A DNA stretch of 64,000 bases, from positions 2,912,001 through 2,976,000 of the forward strand of contig OY781945.1 of the NCBI GenBank assembly GCA_963677435.1, given 5' to 3'. The notes below the pieces were generated by a model. The model worked only from the letters and a program-made list of their open reading frames with translations. It did no database searches and was not told where the DNA came from. Below are positions 41,603-53,612 of the stretch, one piece after another. The DNA comes from an uncultured Aliarcobacter sp. GTDB lineage: Bacteria; Campylobacterota; Campylobacteria; Campylobacterales; Arcobacteraceae. Positions within the stretch are counted from its first letter, which is position 1; every line of letters starts with the position of its first letter. The translations under genes and the position numbers were made by a program.

Positions 41603-43090
41603 ATGAGTTCAGATATTCTTTCATTCATTATATTTTTACCTGCTGTTGTTGCATTTGGGTTAATGATAACAACAAGAGATGTAAATACAATTAGAAATAT
41701 AGCATTTTTGACTACAACTGTAATTTTGGCACTTGTATTAAAAATATATATAGAGTTTGCTCCAAGTGCAGGCATGCAATTTGTTACAAATGTTCCTTGG
41801 ATTGAAACTTATGGAATAAATTATTATATTGGATTAGATGGTTTTTCTCTTACAATTTTAATGATGATTGCTATTTTAATTCCAACTGCTTATTTATTAT
41901 TATGGGAAGGGAAAACAAAAGGTTATTGGATAAATATGCTTTTAGTTCAAACAGGAGTAACAGGTACTTTATTATCTTTAGATATTGTACTTTTCTACTT
42001 TTTTTGGGAAACTATGCTTTTACCAGTATTCTTAATGATTGGTTCTTACGGCTTTGGAGACAAAGTATTTACAACTATTAAAGTAACTGTTTATACAATG
42101 GCTGGTTCATTATTAATGTTTATCTCAATTTTATATTTGGGTGTTACTTATAATAATGAATTTGGCGTTTGGTCTTTTGCTTATGATAAATTAATGCTAA
42201 TTACAACTATTCCTTATGATACTAAAGTTTGGTTATTTTTAGCATTCTTAGCTGCTTTTGCTATTAAAATTCCAATTTTTCCACTTCACACTTGGATTAT
42301 GGAAACATATAAAAATGCTCCAACTGGTGCAGTTTTTCTATTATCTTCAATAATGGCAAAACTTGGAGTTTATGCAATTGTTAGATTTATGATTCCAATT
42401 TTTCCAGAAATTTATGTTGAATTTTCAACTTGGTTTGTAGCTATTGGATTATTTGGACTTGTTTATTTTGGAATTGCAGCACTTATGCAAGATGATATTA
42501 AAAGAATGTTTGCTTATTCATCAGCTTCTCACTTGAGTTTTATCTCTGCTGGTATTTTTTCCCTTAACTCTTATGGAGTAAATGGAGCGTTATATTTAAT
42601 AATTGCCCATGCAATTGCAACTGGGGCCCTATTTTTACTTGTTGGATTAATGCATGAACAAACAGGATTTAAAACTATCAAAGATTTAGGTGGAATTGCA
42701 AAAAAAGCTCCAATATTCACTTTTATATTCGCTGTAATGTTATTTTCGAATATTGGACTTCCAGGAACAAATGGTTTCGTTTCTGAACTTTTAATTATTT
42801 TTGGTATTTATGAATTTAATCATACTTTAGGATATATAGCAACACTTACTGTAATAATTGGAGCTTCTTATATGTTATGGATGTTTCAAAGAGCAATACT
42901 ACAAAATAGACCTGAGGGTTCAAAAGAACTTGTTATGAGAGATTTAAAAATAAAAGAGATTATAGGATTTATTCCATGGGTAATTTTAGTATTTTTAATG
43001 GGATTTTATCCAGAAATTTTTATGAATAAATTTGAACCAACTGTAACTCACTACTTAAATGATATTTTACAAATTGGAGCTACAAAATGA
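41603..43090 (+). CDS. nuoM: NADH-quinone oxidoreductase subunit M
   Basis: [29 protein letters not shown]. Confidence 0.96.
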   Translation: MSSDILSFIIFLPAVVAFGLMITTRDVNTIRNIAFLTTTVILALVLKIYIEFAPSAGMQFVTNVPWIETYGINYYIGLDGFSLTILMMIAILIPTAYLLLWEGKTKGYWINMLLVQTGVTGTLLSLDIVLFYFFWETMLLPVFLMIGSYGFGDKVFTTIKVTVYTMAGSLLMFISILYLGVTYNNEFGVWSFAYDKLMLITTIPYDTKVWLFLAFLAAFAIKIPIFPLHTWIMETYKNAPTGAVFLLSSIMAKLGVYAIVRFMIPIFPEIYVEFSTWFVAIGLFGLVYFGIAALMQDDIKRMFAYSSASHLSFISAGIFSLNSYGVNGALYLIIAHAIATGALFLLVGLMHEQTGFKTIKDLGGIAKKAPIFTFIFAVMLFSNIGLPGTNGFVSELLIIFGIYEFNHTLGYIATLTVIIGASYMLWMFQRAILQNRPEGSKELVMRDLKIKEIIGFIPWVILVFLMGFYPEIFMNKFEPTVTHYLNDILQIGATK

Positions 43091-44607
43091 GTCAAATATT
43101 TTATTTAATTCCAGAACTTACAATATTAACAGGTGCATTAGTACTTATGTTTATGAGTATGTATGAGAAATATGCTGTAAAAGATTTTATTGTTGTTTCT
43201 TCAATTTTTCTATTTATTGCATTAGGTTTTACTTTAAGTAATGTAAATAACTATTTTTCAATACAACCTTATGAGAGTTTATTAAATAATGTTTTAACTT
43301 TTGATACATTTTCAAACTTTTTTAATATTTTACTAATAAGTGGAACAATACTTACTCTTTTAATTGGTGAGCACTATTTTCAGCATAGAGCATATTTCAA
43401 AGGTGAATTTTTCTCAATTTTACTGTTTGCACTATTTGGAATGATGGTTTTAGGTCATGCGAATGAATTAGTAACTGCTTATGTTGCACTAGAAATTGCT
43501 TCATTTTCTATTTATATTATGGTTGGTTATAACTCTGATGACTCAAAAAGAGTTGAGGCTATTTTTAAATATTTAGTATTAGGCTCATTTATTGGAGCAT
43601 TTTACCTTTTAGGTGTAGTTCTAATTTTTGGAGCAACACAAAGTACAAATTTAGATGATGTATCTGCATTTATAAAAACTGCAAATTCTGATGAGATGAT
43701 TCTTGTATATATTGGATTAACATTAATTTTATTTACATTTTTATTTAAAATTGCAGCTTTTCCTTTCCAAGCATGGGTTCTTGATGTTTATCGAGGTGCA
43801 CCTATGGTTATTACAGCATACATGGCATCAACATTTAAAATAGCTATTTTCTCATTTTTCTTAAGAACAATATTAAATTATATTTCACCAATTATAGATT
43901 TCTGGGATGGAATTATAACTGTAATTATTGTTTTAACTTTAATATTTGGAACTTGGTTAGCGGTTACACAAAAAATTGTAAAAAGGATGTTAGCTGCTTC
44001 CTCAATTGTTCATACTGGATATTTACTTCTAGCTTTTATTGCATTAAGTTATAAAGATGGACATATTATTAATATTGATGCTGCATATGCAACAATGTTT
44101 TATTTAATTGCATATTTATTATCAGCACTTGGTGCATTTGGTTTAGCTTCACATATTATTTCAGAAACAAATGTAAAAGTTACTTATGATGATTTTAAAG
44201 GTTTAGCAAAAGAGAGACCTTTCTTAGCAGCAATGATGACAATATTTTTATTTTCATTAGCTGGGATTCCTTCAACAATTGGATTTATAGGTAAACTTTA
44301 TGTATTTACTGAAGCAATAAATGCTGGATATACAGTATTAACAATTATCGCTATATTTGCAACAATTGTTTCAGTTTATTACTATTTTAAACTAATTGCT
44401 ATGATGTATTTTTATCCTCCAAAAATTGAATGTATTTCTGTTGAATTTAATGATAAAAGAGTTTCAACTTATGCAATTGCTTTTGTTGCAATACTAACAG
44501 TTTTAGGTGGAATTGGTTCAGCAATTGTATTTTTTATTCCTGCAATGAATATTGATGAAATTATTAATTTAACACAATTAGCAGTTCAATCATTATTTAT
44601 AAAATAG
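43087..44607 (+). CDS. nuoN: NADH-quinone oxidoreductase subunit N
   Basis: [44 protein letters not shown]. Confidence 0.96.
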   Translation: MSQIFYLIPELTILTGALVLMFMSMYEKYAVKDFIVVSSIFLFIALGFTLSNVNNYFSIQPYESLLNNVLTFDTFSNFFNILLISGTILTLLIGEHYFQHRAYFKGEFFSILLFALFGMMVLGHANELVTAYVALEIASFSIYIMVGYNSDDSKRVEAIFKYLVLGSFIGAFYLLGVVLIFGATQSTNLDDVSAFIKTANSDEMILVYIGLTLILFTFLFKIAAFPFQAWVLDVYRGAPMVITAYMASTFKIAIFSFFLRTILNYISPIIDFWDGIITVIIVLTLIFGTWLAVTQKIVKRMLAASSIVHTGYLLLAFIALSYKDGHIINIDAAYATMFYLIAYLLSALGAFGLASHIISETNVKVTYDDFKGLAKERPFLAAMMTIFLFSLAGIPSTIGFIGKLYVFTEAINAGYTVLTIIAIFATIVSVYYYFKLIAMMYFYPPKIECISVEFNDKRVSTYAIAFVAILTVLGGIGSAIVFFIPAMNIDEIINLTQLAVQSLFIK

Positions 44608-44671
44608 ACTGTGTTAATAAGTAACATTAGCTCTTCATATTAATAAATTTTTTCTTCTAAAATCTTCTTAA

Positions 44672-44697
44672 ATAAAAGCCCATAATTGGGCTTTTAT
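44672..44697. terminator. Hairpin terminator after nuoN
   Basis: ATAAAAGCCCA-TAAT-TGGGCTTTTAT perfect 11-bp stem. Confidence 0.8.
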
Positions 44698-44760
44698 ATC
44701 ATCTCAGTTTCATTTTTCTCCTCTTTTTTCTAATAAAAATATAATGATGTTTGAAGTAGT

Positions 44761-44784
44761 TTTAAGCTATTATTTCGCTATTAT
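44761..44784 (+). promoter_or_regulatory. Putative sigma70 promoter of frdCAB
   Basis: TTTAAG upstream of gcTATTAT, 33 nt before the frdC ATG; same TTTAAG..TANNAT layout seen at 17296-17318. Confidence 0.45.
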
Positions 44785-44817
44785 TCTAAAAAATCTATAT
44801 CGCAGAAAGGATAGCAA

Positions 44818-45618
44818 ATGAGTGACCTAATAGAAGGTTATTTGGGGAAAACAGAAGAAGGAAAGAAAAGTAGATTACCTGCAAAACTTGATTTTATGCA
44901 AAGTTTTACAGGAGGATTTTTAGCTTTATTCATGTGGGGACATATGCTTTTTGTCTCATCAATTTTAATCAGCAAAGATTTTATGTATACAATTACAAAA
45001 TTCTTTGAAGGTAGTTTTATTTTCAATGAAGGGCAACCTATCATTGTTTCTATTATTGCTTTTATAGTATTTGTTATTTTTATTGTTCATGCTGCACTTG
45101 GAATGAGAAAACTTCCAAGCAATTTTAAACAATATCAAGTAATTAAAGCTCATGCTAAAAGTATGAATCACGATGACACAAAACTTTGGTTTACTCAAGC
45201 CTTTACAGGTTTTGCAATGTTTTTCTTGGGTTCAGTTCATTTATATATTATTATGACTCATTCAGATGCAATCGGACCATATGCTAGTTCAGATAGAGTT
45301 TGGTCTGAATATATGTGGCCTTTATATATTCTTTTATTGTTAGCTGTTGAATTTCATGGAACAATTGGTTTATATAGATTATGTGTTAAATGGGGTTGGT
45401 TTGATGGTGAAAATCCAAAAGCTACAAGAAAAACACTTAAAAAAGTTAAATGGTCTTTAACTGTATTCTTCTTAGTATTAGGGTTTGCTTCATTAGCAGC
45501 TTATATGAAAATTGGTATGGAAAATGCCGCAAATGGAACAGTTGGTCAAAAATATACTCCAACTGCAAGTGTAATCGAATATAAAATTACAAATAAAACT
45601 GTTGGGGGAATTGCATAA
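44818..45618 (+). CDS. frdC: Fumarate reductase diheme cytochrome b subunit (Wolinella type)
   Basis: [11 protein letters not shown], four heme His (GHM, VHA, VHL, EFHG), GLYRL..KWGWF. Confidence 0.95.
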   Translation: MSDLIEGYLGKTEEGKKSRLPAKLDFMQSFTGGFLALFMWGHMLFVSSILISKDFMYTITKFFEGSFIFNEGQPIIVSIIAFIVFVIFIVHAALGMRKLPSNFKQYQVIKAHAKSMNHDDTKLWFTQAFTGFAMFFLGSVHLYIIMTHSDAIGPYASSDRVWSEYMWPLYILLLLAVEFHGTIGLYRLCVKWGWFDGENPKATRKTLKKVKWSLTVFFLVLGFASLAAYMKIGMENAANGTVGQKYTPTASVIEYKITNKTVGGIA

Positions 45619-47603
45619 TGAAAATTAATTACTGTGATGCATTAGTAATTGGTGGAGGACTTGCAGGTTTAAGAGCTGCAGTTGCTGCACAGAAAAAAGG
45701 TTTAAGTACAACTGTTTTATCTTTAGTTCCTGTAAAAAGATCACATAGTGCTGCTGCACAAGGTGGTATGCAAGCATCTTTAGGTAACTCAAAAATGTCT
45801 GATGGGGATAATGAAGATTTACACTTTGCAGATACTGTAAAAGGTTCTGACTGGGGATGTGATCAAATTGTTGCAAGAATGTTCGTACATACTGCACCAA
45901 AAGCAATTAGAGAATTAGCATCATGGGGTGTTCCTTGGTCTAGAGTTAAAGAAGGATCAAGAGAAGCTGTAATTAATGCTAAAAAAACAACAATTACAGA
46001 AGAAGCAGATAGACATGGATTAATTACATCAAGAGATTTTGGTGGAACTAAAAAATGGAGAACTTGTTATACAGCAGATGCAACTGGACATACTATGTTA
46101 TTTGGTGTTGCAAATGAAGCTTTAAGACATAATGTTGATATAAGAGATAGAAAAGAAGCTTTATCAATTATTCACGAAGGTGGAAGATGTTATGGAGCAA
46201 TTGTAAGAGATTTAATTACAGGTGAATTAGAAGCTTATGTTGCAAAAGGTACATGTATCGCAACTGGTGGATATGGAAGAGTATTTAAACAAACTACAAA
46301 TGCTGTTATTTGTGAAGGTATTGGAGCTGCTATTGCTTTAGAAACTGGAATTGCAACTTTAGGAAATATGGAAGCTGTTCAATTTCACCCAACACCAATC
46401 GTACCATCAGGTATTTTATTAACTGAAGGTTGTAGAGGAGATGGTGGAATCTTAAGAGATGTTGATGGTCACAGATTTATGCCAGATTATGAGCCAGAGA
46501 AAAAAGAATTAGCTTCAAGAGATGTTGTTTCAAGAAGAATGATTGAACATATTAGAAATGGTAAAGGTGTTCCTTCACCTTATGGATACCATGTATGGTT
46601 AGATATCTCTATTTTAGGTAGAGAACATATTGAGAAAAATCTAAGAGATGTACAAGAAATTTGTCAAATTTTCAACGGTATTGATCCAGCTGATGAGGGT
46701 AAAAAAGGATGGGCACCAGTTCTTCCGATGCAACACTACTCAATGGGTGGAATTAGAACAAAACCAACTGGTGAATCACAAACTTTAAATGGTTTATTTG
46801 CTTGTGGTGAAGCTTCTTGTTGGGATATGCATGGATTTAATAGACTTGGAGGAAACAGTGTTTCTGAAACAGTTGTTGCAGGTATGATTATTGGAAATTA
46901 TTTCGCTGATTATTGTTTAGCTAATGATGTAACAATTCCTACTTCAACAGTTCAAAGATTTTTAGATAAACAAGATAAGTATTTAGATGAAATCTTAGCT
47001 TATAACGGAACTGAAGATATTTTTAGAATCAAAAACAGAATGCAGAACTTAATGGATGAAAAAGTTGGTATCTTTAGAGATGGTATTCACTTACAAGAAG
47101 CTGTTAATGAACTTGAAGAGTTATTGAAAAAAACAAAACATATCAATGTTAAATCAAAAGAAAGAGTTGGAAATCCAGAGCTTGAAGAAGCATATAGAGT
47201 TCCAAGAATGTTAAAAGTTGCACTTTGTGTTGCTAATGGAGCATTACAAAGAACAGAATCAAGAGGTGCTCACTATAGAGAAGACTTCTTAAAAAGAGAT
47301 GATGCAAACTGGTTAAATAGAACATTAACTTCTTGGCCAGATGAGAACCAAACTCTTCCAACAATTTCATATGAGCCATTAGATATTATGACAATGGAAT
47401 TACCTCCAGCATTTAGAGGATATGGTGCAAAAGGGATGATTATAGAAAATGAATTATCTGAAAAAAGACAATTAGAAGTTGATGAAATTAGTGAAAAACT
47501 AAGTGCAGAAGGTAAAGATAGACATGAAATTCAACATGCATTAATGCCATTTGATTTACCAATGAACTATAGAGAGAAAAACGAAAGAGCAGGAGATTTA
47601 TAA
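45618..47603 (+). CDS. frdA: Fumarate reductase/succinate dehydrogenase flavoprotein
   Basis: [37 protein letters not shown]. Confidence 0.97.
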   Translation: MKINYCDALVIGGGLAGLRAAVAAQKKGLSTTVLSLVPVKRSHSAAAQGGMQASLGNSKMSDGDNEDLHFADTVKGSDWGCDQIVARMFVHTAPKAIRELASWGVPWSRVKEGSREAVINAKKTTITEEADRHGLITSRDFGGTKKWRTCYTADATGHTMLFGVANEALRHNVDIRDRKEALSIIHEGGRCYGAIVRDLITGELEAYVAKGTCIATGGYGRVFKQTTNAVICEGIGAAIALETGIATLGNMEAVQFHPTPIVPSGILLTEGCRGDGGILRDVDGHRFMPDYEPEKKELASRDVVSRRMIEHIRNGKGVPSPYGYHVWLDISILGREHIEKNLRDVQEICQIFNGIDPADEGKKGWAPVLPMQHYSMGGIRTKPTGESQTLNGLFACGEASCWDMHGFNRLGGNSVSETVVAGMIIGNYFADYCLANDVTIPTSTVQRFLDKQDKYLDEILAYNGTEDIFRIKNRMQNLMDEKVGIFRDGIHLQEAVNELEELLKKTKHINVKSKERVGNPELEEAYRVPRMLKVALCVANGALQRTESRGAHYREDFLKRDDANWLNRTLTSWPDENQTLPTISYEPLDIMTMELPPAFRGYGAKGMIIENELSEKRQLEVDEISEKLSAEGKDRHEIQHALMPFDLPMNYREKNERAGDL

Positions 47604-48334
47604 TGAGTATTGAAAAAGGTAGAGATATTACAATATCAGTTTTAAAATTCAATCCAAGAAGTAAGGTTTCTAAACCTCACTTTGTTGATTATCATTTAGA
47701 AGAGACTCCAGGTATGACTCTTTTCATTGCTTTAATGAAAATTAGAGAAGAAATGGATGCAGATTTATCTTTTGACTTCGTATGTAGAGCAGGGATTTGT
47801 GGTTCTTGTGGTATGGTTGTAAATGGTAAACCAACTCTTGCTTGTAGAACATTAATTGCTAATTACCCAAGTGGTAAATTACAATTAATGCCAATGCCTG
47901 CATTTGAATTAATCAAAGATTTATCTGTAAATACTGGTAAATGGATGGATAGTATGTCAAAAAGAGTTGAATCATGGATTCATAATGACCATGAAGTTGA
48001 CATTTCTAAATTAGAAGATAGAATCGATCCAGATGTAGCAAATGAGACATTTGAATTAGATAGATGTATTGAATGTGGTATTTGTGTTGCTTCTTGTGGA
48101 ACAGCATTAATGAGACCAGATTTCGTAGGACCAGTTGGATTAAATAGAGTAGCAAGATTTGAAGTAGATCCACATGATAAAAGAACTGCTGAAGATTTTT
48201 ATGAATTAATTGGTGATGATAATGGAATATTTGGTTGTATGTCTTTAATGGCGTGTGAAGACCATTGTCCAAAACACTTACCATTACAAAATAAAATTGC
48301 TTACTTAAGAAGAAAATTAGTAGCACTTAGATAA
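47603..48334 (+). CDS. frdB: Fumarate reductase iron-sulfur subunit
   Basis: [32 protein letters not shown]. Confidence 0.97.
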   Translation: MSIEKGRDITISVLKFNPRSKVSKPHFVDYHLEETPGMTLFIALMKIREEMDADLSFDFVCRAGICGSCGMVVNGKPTLACRTLIANYPSGKLQLMPMPAFELIKDLSVNTGKWMDSMSKRVESWIHNDHEVDISKLEDRIDPDVANETFELDRCIECGICVASCGTALMRPDFVGPVGLNRVARFEVDPHDKRTAEDFYELIGDDNGIFGCMSLMACEDHCPKHLPLQNKIAYLRRKLVALR

Positions 48335-48337
48335 TTA

Positions 48338-48361
48338 TAACGAAGGATTTTTCCTTCGTTA
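48338..48361 (+). terminator. Hairpin after frdB
   Basis: TAACGAAGGA-TTTT-TCCTTCGTTA. Confidence 0.7.
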
Positions 48362-48371
48362 ATAAAGTAAG

Positions 48372-48413
48372 TATAAAAAGTTAAATATCATTAGTGATAT
48401 TTAACTTTTTATA
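48372..48413. repeat. Perfect 19-bp inverted repeat upstream of the dynamin-like genes
   Basis: TATAAAAAGTTAAATATCA-TTAG-TGATATTTAACTTTTTATA. Confidence 0.85.
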
Positions 48414-48430
48414 TTTTTGGGAGATTTAAA

Positions 48431-50785
48431 ATGAGTTTAACAAACGATTATTTCTTACTATATCATGGTATTACATTTGAACAAAATTTAGATATAGAAC
48501 CTATGGATTTAAACCTAGATAAAGAAATATTTACAATTTTTGCATTAATAATAAGTGCTACTAGAAAAAATTTTGATAAGTACTTACCACTTACTTCATT
48601 CAAAACATTATGTCAACAAATAAAGGTTAAAAGTCCTTCAAATATTAATGAACTAAATCATTTACAACATAATATTCTTGAAACTATTCTTTTAAACAAG
48701 TCAAAACTAAATATATCTATTTTACATTCATCTTTTGAATATTTAAAAGAAGAAGGTATATTAAATAATGAAAACTACAGAAAGTTAATATCTTTATTTG
48801 ATTCAAAAGAGTTAAATGTTCAAGAAGAAGATAGTTTAACTAAAAATGAACTTTTAGATGATAAAAAAGCAAAAAATTCATTTAAAGATTTAAAATCAAC
48901 AATAGAAGAATTAATATCTGAAATAAAATCTGATTTAACAAATCCAGAAATTTTAAGTGAACTTGAAACAACAAAAAACTACTTAAATTCTCAAAAATTC
49001 TCTATTGGAATTACTGGTGTTATGAACGCTGGTAAATCAACAATGTTAAATGCACTAATGGGAAGAGAAATTTTAGGGAGTGCTGTTGTTCCTGAAACAG
49101 CAAATTTAACTATAGTAAAACATAATCAAACTGATAATGCAAAGGTATTTTACTGGAATACTCAAGAGTGGGATAGAATCTTAAAATCAGCAGAACAACT
49201 TGAATCAATGAAAGAGTTTGTAAATGAAACAAACAAAATCTTTGGAGATGAATTAAAAAATTATATAAAACCTGTTTCAAGATTTGATGAAGTTGATATT
49301 AATGATTTATCATCTTATACATCAGCAGAAGCAAGTGGAAAAAAATGTAACTTAGTAAAATATGTAGAACTAGGTTCTAAACTTGACTTTTTAAGTGATG
49401 GAATTGAAATCGTTGATACTCCAGGTCTTGATGACCCAGTTATTCAAAGGGAAGAGATTACAAAAGAATATATCAGTGCTTGTGATATGATGTTACATCT
49501 TATGAATGTATCTCAAAGTGCAACACTTAAAGATGTTGAATTTATTATTGATGCCCTACTTTACCAAAATATCTCAAAACTTTTAGTTGTAATAACACGA
49601 GCTGATACTGTTTCAAAAGAACAACTGGAAGAAGTTATTAATTACACAAAATCTTCAATTGAGAGACAATTAAGAGCACAAAATAAAGATTCTCAACTTG
49701 ATTATATTTTAAAAACAATCAAATTTATTCCAATTTCTGGAAGAATGGCACTATTACACCGAACAGGAAGAGAGCAAGAAGCGCTTGATGCTGGATATAC
49801 ACTTGAAGATACAGGAATTTTAGAAATTGAGAAATATCTAAACGAAACTTTATTTGGTTCAAATTCACAAAAAGGTGAACTTGTAATTCAATCATCTAAA
49901 AATCAATTACAAAAAATACTTGAAAAACAAACTTCGTTTTACAACTATGAATTAAAACTTTTATCAAAATCAAAAGATGAACTAGAAAAAGAACTTCAAG
50001 ATTTCAACAAGAAAAAAGTAGTAAATACTAGAATTTTTCAAGCAATGAATGAAGATATTAATTATTATAAAAATGACTCAAAAGCTTACATTGATTCACT
50101 CGAAACATTTTTACAAAGTGAACTTTTAGAACTTCAAAATGTGATTAAAAAAAGAGTTGTGGGAGATGTGAGATACTCTTTTGAAAAAACAAAAAAAAGA
50201 CCTGAAAACTCAAGAATCAAAGTTATTGTTGAAACTGCGATTAAAGATGGAATTATTGATGTTATTAGGGATTATAGATATAAATTTATCAAAAAGTCTC
50301 AAACTATTGGTGAACAATGTGAACAAAAATATCATGATTTAGGTTTTACAATTGGACATAAAAATGATAACTTTGATGCAAGAGGATTTTTCCAAGATGA
50401 CTTTAAAGCAGGTTTTTTAACATCAAATAATGAGGTTTTAATTTCTCAAGTTATTGATGCTGTTTCAAAAGCAAAAGAAGCAAAATTAAGTGAGCTTGAT
50501 AGGGAAATGGAACAATTAATAAAAAACCAATTTACATCTATTGAAGAAGATATTAAATCAAAAGCTAAAAAAGTAAGTTCACTATTAATCGAATCTTTTT
50601 TTGCTACATTAAATGCTCCGTTACGAACTTTTGAGCAAAAACTTAAAAATGATGAAGAAACTCTTCAAAATCAAATAAATTCATTTGAAGAAAATGATAA
50701 AAATAAAGCTCAATTATCTATTGATATTCATAAAAATATTAAAAAACTTGAAAGTATTTCAACAACAATAAAAGGATTATACTAA
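48431..50785 (+). CDS. Bacterial dynamin-like GTPase 1 (Cj0411/DLP1-like)
   Basis: GVMNAGKST, PET, VDTPG, TRAD GTPase motifs; long helical stalk; follows frdCAB. Confidence 0.88.
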   Translation: MSLTNDYFLLYHGITFEQNLDIEPMDLNLDKEIFTIFALIISATRKNFDKYLPLTSFKTLCQQIKVKSPSNINELNHLQHNILETILLNKSKLNISILHSSFEYLKEEGILNNENYRKLISLFDSKELNVQEEDSLTKNELLDDKKAKNSFKDLKSTIEELISEIKSDLTNPEILSELETTKNYLNSQKFSIGITGVMNAGKSTMLNALMGREILGSAVVPETANLTIVKHNQTDNAKVFYWNTQEWDRILKSAEQLESMKEFVNETNKIFGDELKNYIKPVSRFDEVDINDLSSYTSAEASGKKCNLVKYVELGSKLDFLSDGIEIVDTPGLDDPVIQREEITKEYISACDMMLHLMNVSQSATLKDVEFIIDALLYQNISKLLVVITRADTVSKEQLEEVINYTKSSIERQLRAQNKDSQLDYILKTIKFIPISGRMALLHRTGREQEALDAGYTLEDTGILEIEKYLNETLFGSNSQKGELVIQSSKNQLQKILEKQTSFYNYELKLLSKSKDELEKELQDFNKKKVVNTRIFQAMNEDINYYKNDSKAYIDSLETFLQSELLELQNVIKKRVVGDVRYSFEKTKKRPENSRIKVIVETAIKDGIIDVIRDYRYKFIKKSQTIGEQCEQKYHDLGFTIGHKNDNFDARGFFQDDFKAGFLTSNNEVLISQVIDAVSKAKEAKLSELDREMEQLIKNQFTSIEEDIKSKAKKVSSLLIESFFATLNAPLRTFEQKLKNDEETLQNQINSFEENDKNKAQLSIDIHKNIKKLESISTTIKGLY

Positions 50786-52812
50786 TGAGTGCAAATTTAA
50801 ATATCCTAAAAAGTTTTGTAACTGAGTATAAAGAAACATATGTAATTCATGAAATAGTTTATGAAGAAGGATTAGTTGGAGACATAAAAAAAGTTCAAGC
50901 TAAACTTTTGGATGAAAAATTCCTACCTTCAAATCAACTTGTTGGTATTTTAAATAAACAAATAAGAAGAGCAAGATACCCAATTGAAATAGCAATTACA
51001 GGACAATTTTCTTCAGGAAAATCTACTTTTTTAAATGCTTTACTTGCAAGAAATGTACTTCCAACAGGAATTACACCAGTTACTTCAAAAGTAAACTTTA
51101 TAAATTATGGAGAAGAGTATAAATTAAAAATCACATATTATTCTGGTGCTCAAGAATTTGCTCCAATCGAAGCTATTGCTGATTTTACTGATCAAAGGCA
51201 ACATGAAATGAAAGATATAAAATATCTTACACTTTATGCTCCTATGGATATTTTAAAAGATATCTCATTTGTTGATACACCTGGATTAAACTCTCAATCT
51301 CAAAGTGATACAGATACAACTAGAAAAGTGCTAAGAGATGTTGGAGGAATTATTTGGTTAACACTTATTGACAATGCAGGAAAACTTTCAGAAGCAGAAG
51401 TTTTAGAAGAGTATATGCAACACTTTAAAAACAAATCTTTATGTGTTTTAAATCAAAAAGATAAGCTAACTCCTGAGCAAGTTGAAACTACTACGAAATA
51501 TGTAAGTGAAAAATTTGGAAAATATTTTGCACAAGTCACTCCTATTTCTGCAAAAATGGCACTTGAATCAAGAGCACACCAAAAAAGAGTATTACTTGAT
51601 GATTCATTTGAAGCCATTACAAAAGAGTTTAAAACTGAACTAAATAAAAATATTGGTGTTTCTACATTGGATTTTTTCCAAGATAAATTTGAAGAATTCC
51701 ACAAAAAAATCAGTGAAATTAATACAAAAGATATGTCAGGAGATATGAAACTTCTAAAAGAGTCTAATATCAATCAAGTTTTAGAATTTATTGAAAATGT
51801 TATTAGACCACAAGCAGCAGAAACAAAAGAGTTTGCAATTAAAAAAGATTTAAGAGGTATCTGTGATATTCTTGCAAAAGAGTATGAAACAATTACTAAA
51901 GTTTATGATGTTTTAATTGATGTATTAAAAGCTTGTGAACCAAAAGTTATAGAACAATTTGAGAATATTCATAAAAAATATTCAAAAGAGCTATTTAATA
52001 TTTATAACTCATTAGAAACAATTATGGAAAAAATCGCCCATGAAACATACAAAAATATAAAAAGAAAGCCAGCTTTTAGATTTGAAGAATCAAAAAGTTT
52101 CCTAGGTGGGAAAATAGAAAAATTCCAATATGAAACATTTTGGATTGATTCAGATGCAATTTACAAAAGCCTATTTTATGATGATCAAACTATTGATAAA
52201 ATGTTTAAAAGATCAATTAAACTATTAAAAAATGTTGAACTAAACACAGATGAATCTTTTAAAGATGTTTATAATCTTATTAATAATGAAGTTAGAAAAT
52301 GGCAAGAACCATATGAACTCCTTAGAAAACATAGAGAAATTGCTTCAGATTTAGAGTTTTCAAATACAAGACACTTTGCAGCAAAAGTTTATGAAAATGT
52401 TTTAAAAACATACCATACAGCTATTTTAGAAAATATTTCTGCTTTAAGAAAAAAATTCGCTTATTTTAATGGGGCACTATCATACTCTTATATTCAAACT
52501 ACACAAGCGACTATTAGCCACTTTGAACAACAAATATCTGAATCAGAAGAGTTATATAAAAAAGAGCCAACAAGATTTTCTATCTCACACCCAAGAGAAG
52601 ATGAAATTGTTGGAAAATTAAAAGCAAATTTTGGATTTGAAAAAATTGAAGATTTCTTAACTTCAAAAAGAAACTATCTATTTAAAATCGTAAAATATTC
52701 TAAAGAGCAATACTTAGATATAAATGAAGATAGAATAACTTTTGTAAAATCAAAAAAAGAACAATATCTTGATAAAATTAAAGATTTAGAAAAAATTAAA
52801 GAAGAGATTTAA
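50785..52812 (+). CDS. Bacterial dynamin-like GTPase 2 (Cj0412/DLP2-like)
   Basis: GQFSSGKST, PVT, VDTPG, NQKD motifs; translationally coupled to DLP1. Confidence 0.88.
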   Translation: MSANLNILKSFVTEYKETYVIHEIVYEEGLVGDIKKVQAKLLDEKFLPSNQLVGILNKQIRRARYPIEIAITGQFSSGKSTFLNALLARNVLPTGITPVTSKVNFINYGEEYKLKITYYSGAQEFAPIEAIADFTDQRQHEMKDIKYLTLYAPMDILKDISFVDTPGLNSQSQSDTDTTRKVLRDVGGIIWLTLIDNAGKLSEAEVLEEYMQHFKNKSLCVLNQKDKLTPEQVETTTKYVSEKFGKYFAQVTPISAKMALESRAHQKRVLLDDSFEAITKEFKTELNKNIGVSTLDFFQDKFEEFHKKISEINTKDMSGDMKLLKESNINQVLEFIENVIRPQAAETKEFAIKKDLRGICDILAKEYETITKVYDVLIDVLKACEPKVIEQFENIHKKYSKELFNIYNSLETIMEKIAHETYKNIKRKPAFRFEESKSFLGGKIEKFQYETFWIDSDAIYKSLFYDDQTIDKMFKRSIKLLKNVELNTDESFKDVYNLINNEVRKWQEPYELLRKHREIASDLEFSNTRHFAAKVYENVLKTYHTAILENISALRKKFAYFNGALSYSYIQTTQATISHFEQQISESEELYKKEPTRFSISHPREDEIVGKLKANFGFEKIEDFLTSKRNYLFKIVKYSKEQYLDINEDRITFVKSKKEQYLDKIKDLEKIKEEI

Positions 52813-52986
52813 CTCTCTTTTTTATTTAGATTTTTCATCCTCATAAATTCTCAATCCCTATTTTCAATTCCAATATTTTATTTAACCTAATTTACATAAA
52901 TAATAAAATATCTTTATAATGTGACACTATTTGTGATACTAAAAAAGTATAATAAGAAATACAGTTATAAAAGTAAAGGGGAAAAT

Positions 52987-53577
52987 ATGAACACTTCAAG
53001 TTTAATATCAACACTAGGTTCAAATAGTCAGGATTATAATAATTCAAATAAAAATCATAACGTTAATAAAGAAAAAAATGATGCATTTGAAAGTTTAATT
53101 TCTTCAAAAACAACTAATGAGCAAAAAACTTCTGTAAGTAAAAAAAATGATGAAGTTATAAAAGAAGAAACTTCAACACAAAGTCTTTATGATGACATAA
53201 TTTCTTTACTTAAAACAGGTTTTACTGTTGGAGAGTTAAAAGGATTTGAAGAAAAATTAAAAGAAATTTTGAAAATGAAAGATGATAATAAATCAACTAA
53301 TGAAGAAATAGAAACTGCTTTAAAAAAATTAACTCTTGAAATACAAGAAGCTAAAAAAAGAGTTAGTGGGCAATTTATAAAAAAAGCAGATGAGAATACA
53401 ACTCAATCAAATAATTCAGCTCAAGATAATGCAGCTTTTGATTTTGATACAGCTATTACTAATATAAAAGATATGCTCCAAGAGATACAAAATAATCCAA
53501 AAAATATAAATCCTGATGATAATTCTAATGAGGATAAAGCCTATGATAAATTAAAATTGTTATTAAAAATGAGTTAG
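52987..53577 (+). CDS. Hypothetical protein, helical with low-complexity N-terminus
   Basis: ATG at 52987 after AAGGGG RBS; TATAAT upstream; no recognisable domain. Confidence 0.75.
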   Translation: MNTSSLISTLGSNSQDYNNSNKNHNVNKEKNDAFESLISSKTTNEQKTSVSKKNDEVIKEETSTQSLYDDIISLLKTGFTVGELKGFEEKLKEILKMKDDNKSTNEEIETALKKLTLEIQEAKKRVSGQFIKKADENTTQSNNSAQDNAAFDFDTAITNIKDMLQEIQNNPKNINPDDNSNEDKAYDKLKLLLKMS

Positions 53578-53612
53578 TAAGAAAAAAAAAAGAATTAAAA
53601 GAGGAAAGTAAA

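Noticed and set aside
48431..52812. Dynamin pair as a novel defence system (LeoABC/CrfC-like)
   Set aside because: Position after frdCAB matches the described Campylobacter DLP1/DLP2 locus, so it looks like core genome rather than a new system
52921..52986. Extended ORF-track starts (also at 3888, 18866, 23248, 33061, 54907, 61935)
   Set aside because: Downstream ATGs fit better with RBS or promoter position and family N-termini
53582..53591. Poly-A10 tract between the two hypothetical genes as a phase-variation site
   Set aside because: A-tracts are common in this genome; it is intergenic and follows two stop codons, so slippage would not fuse the ORFs
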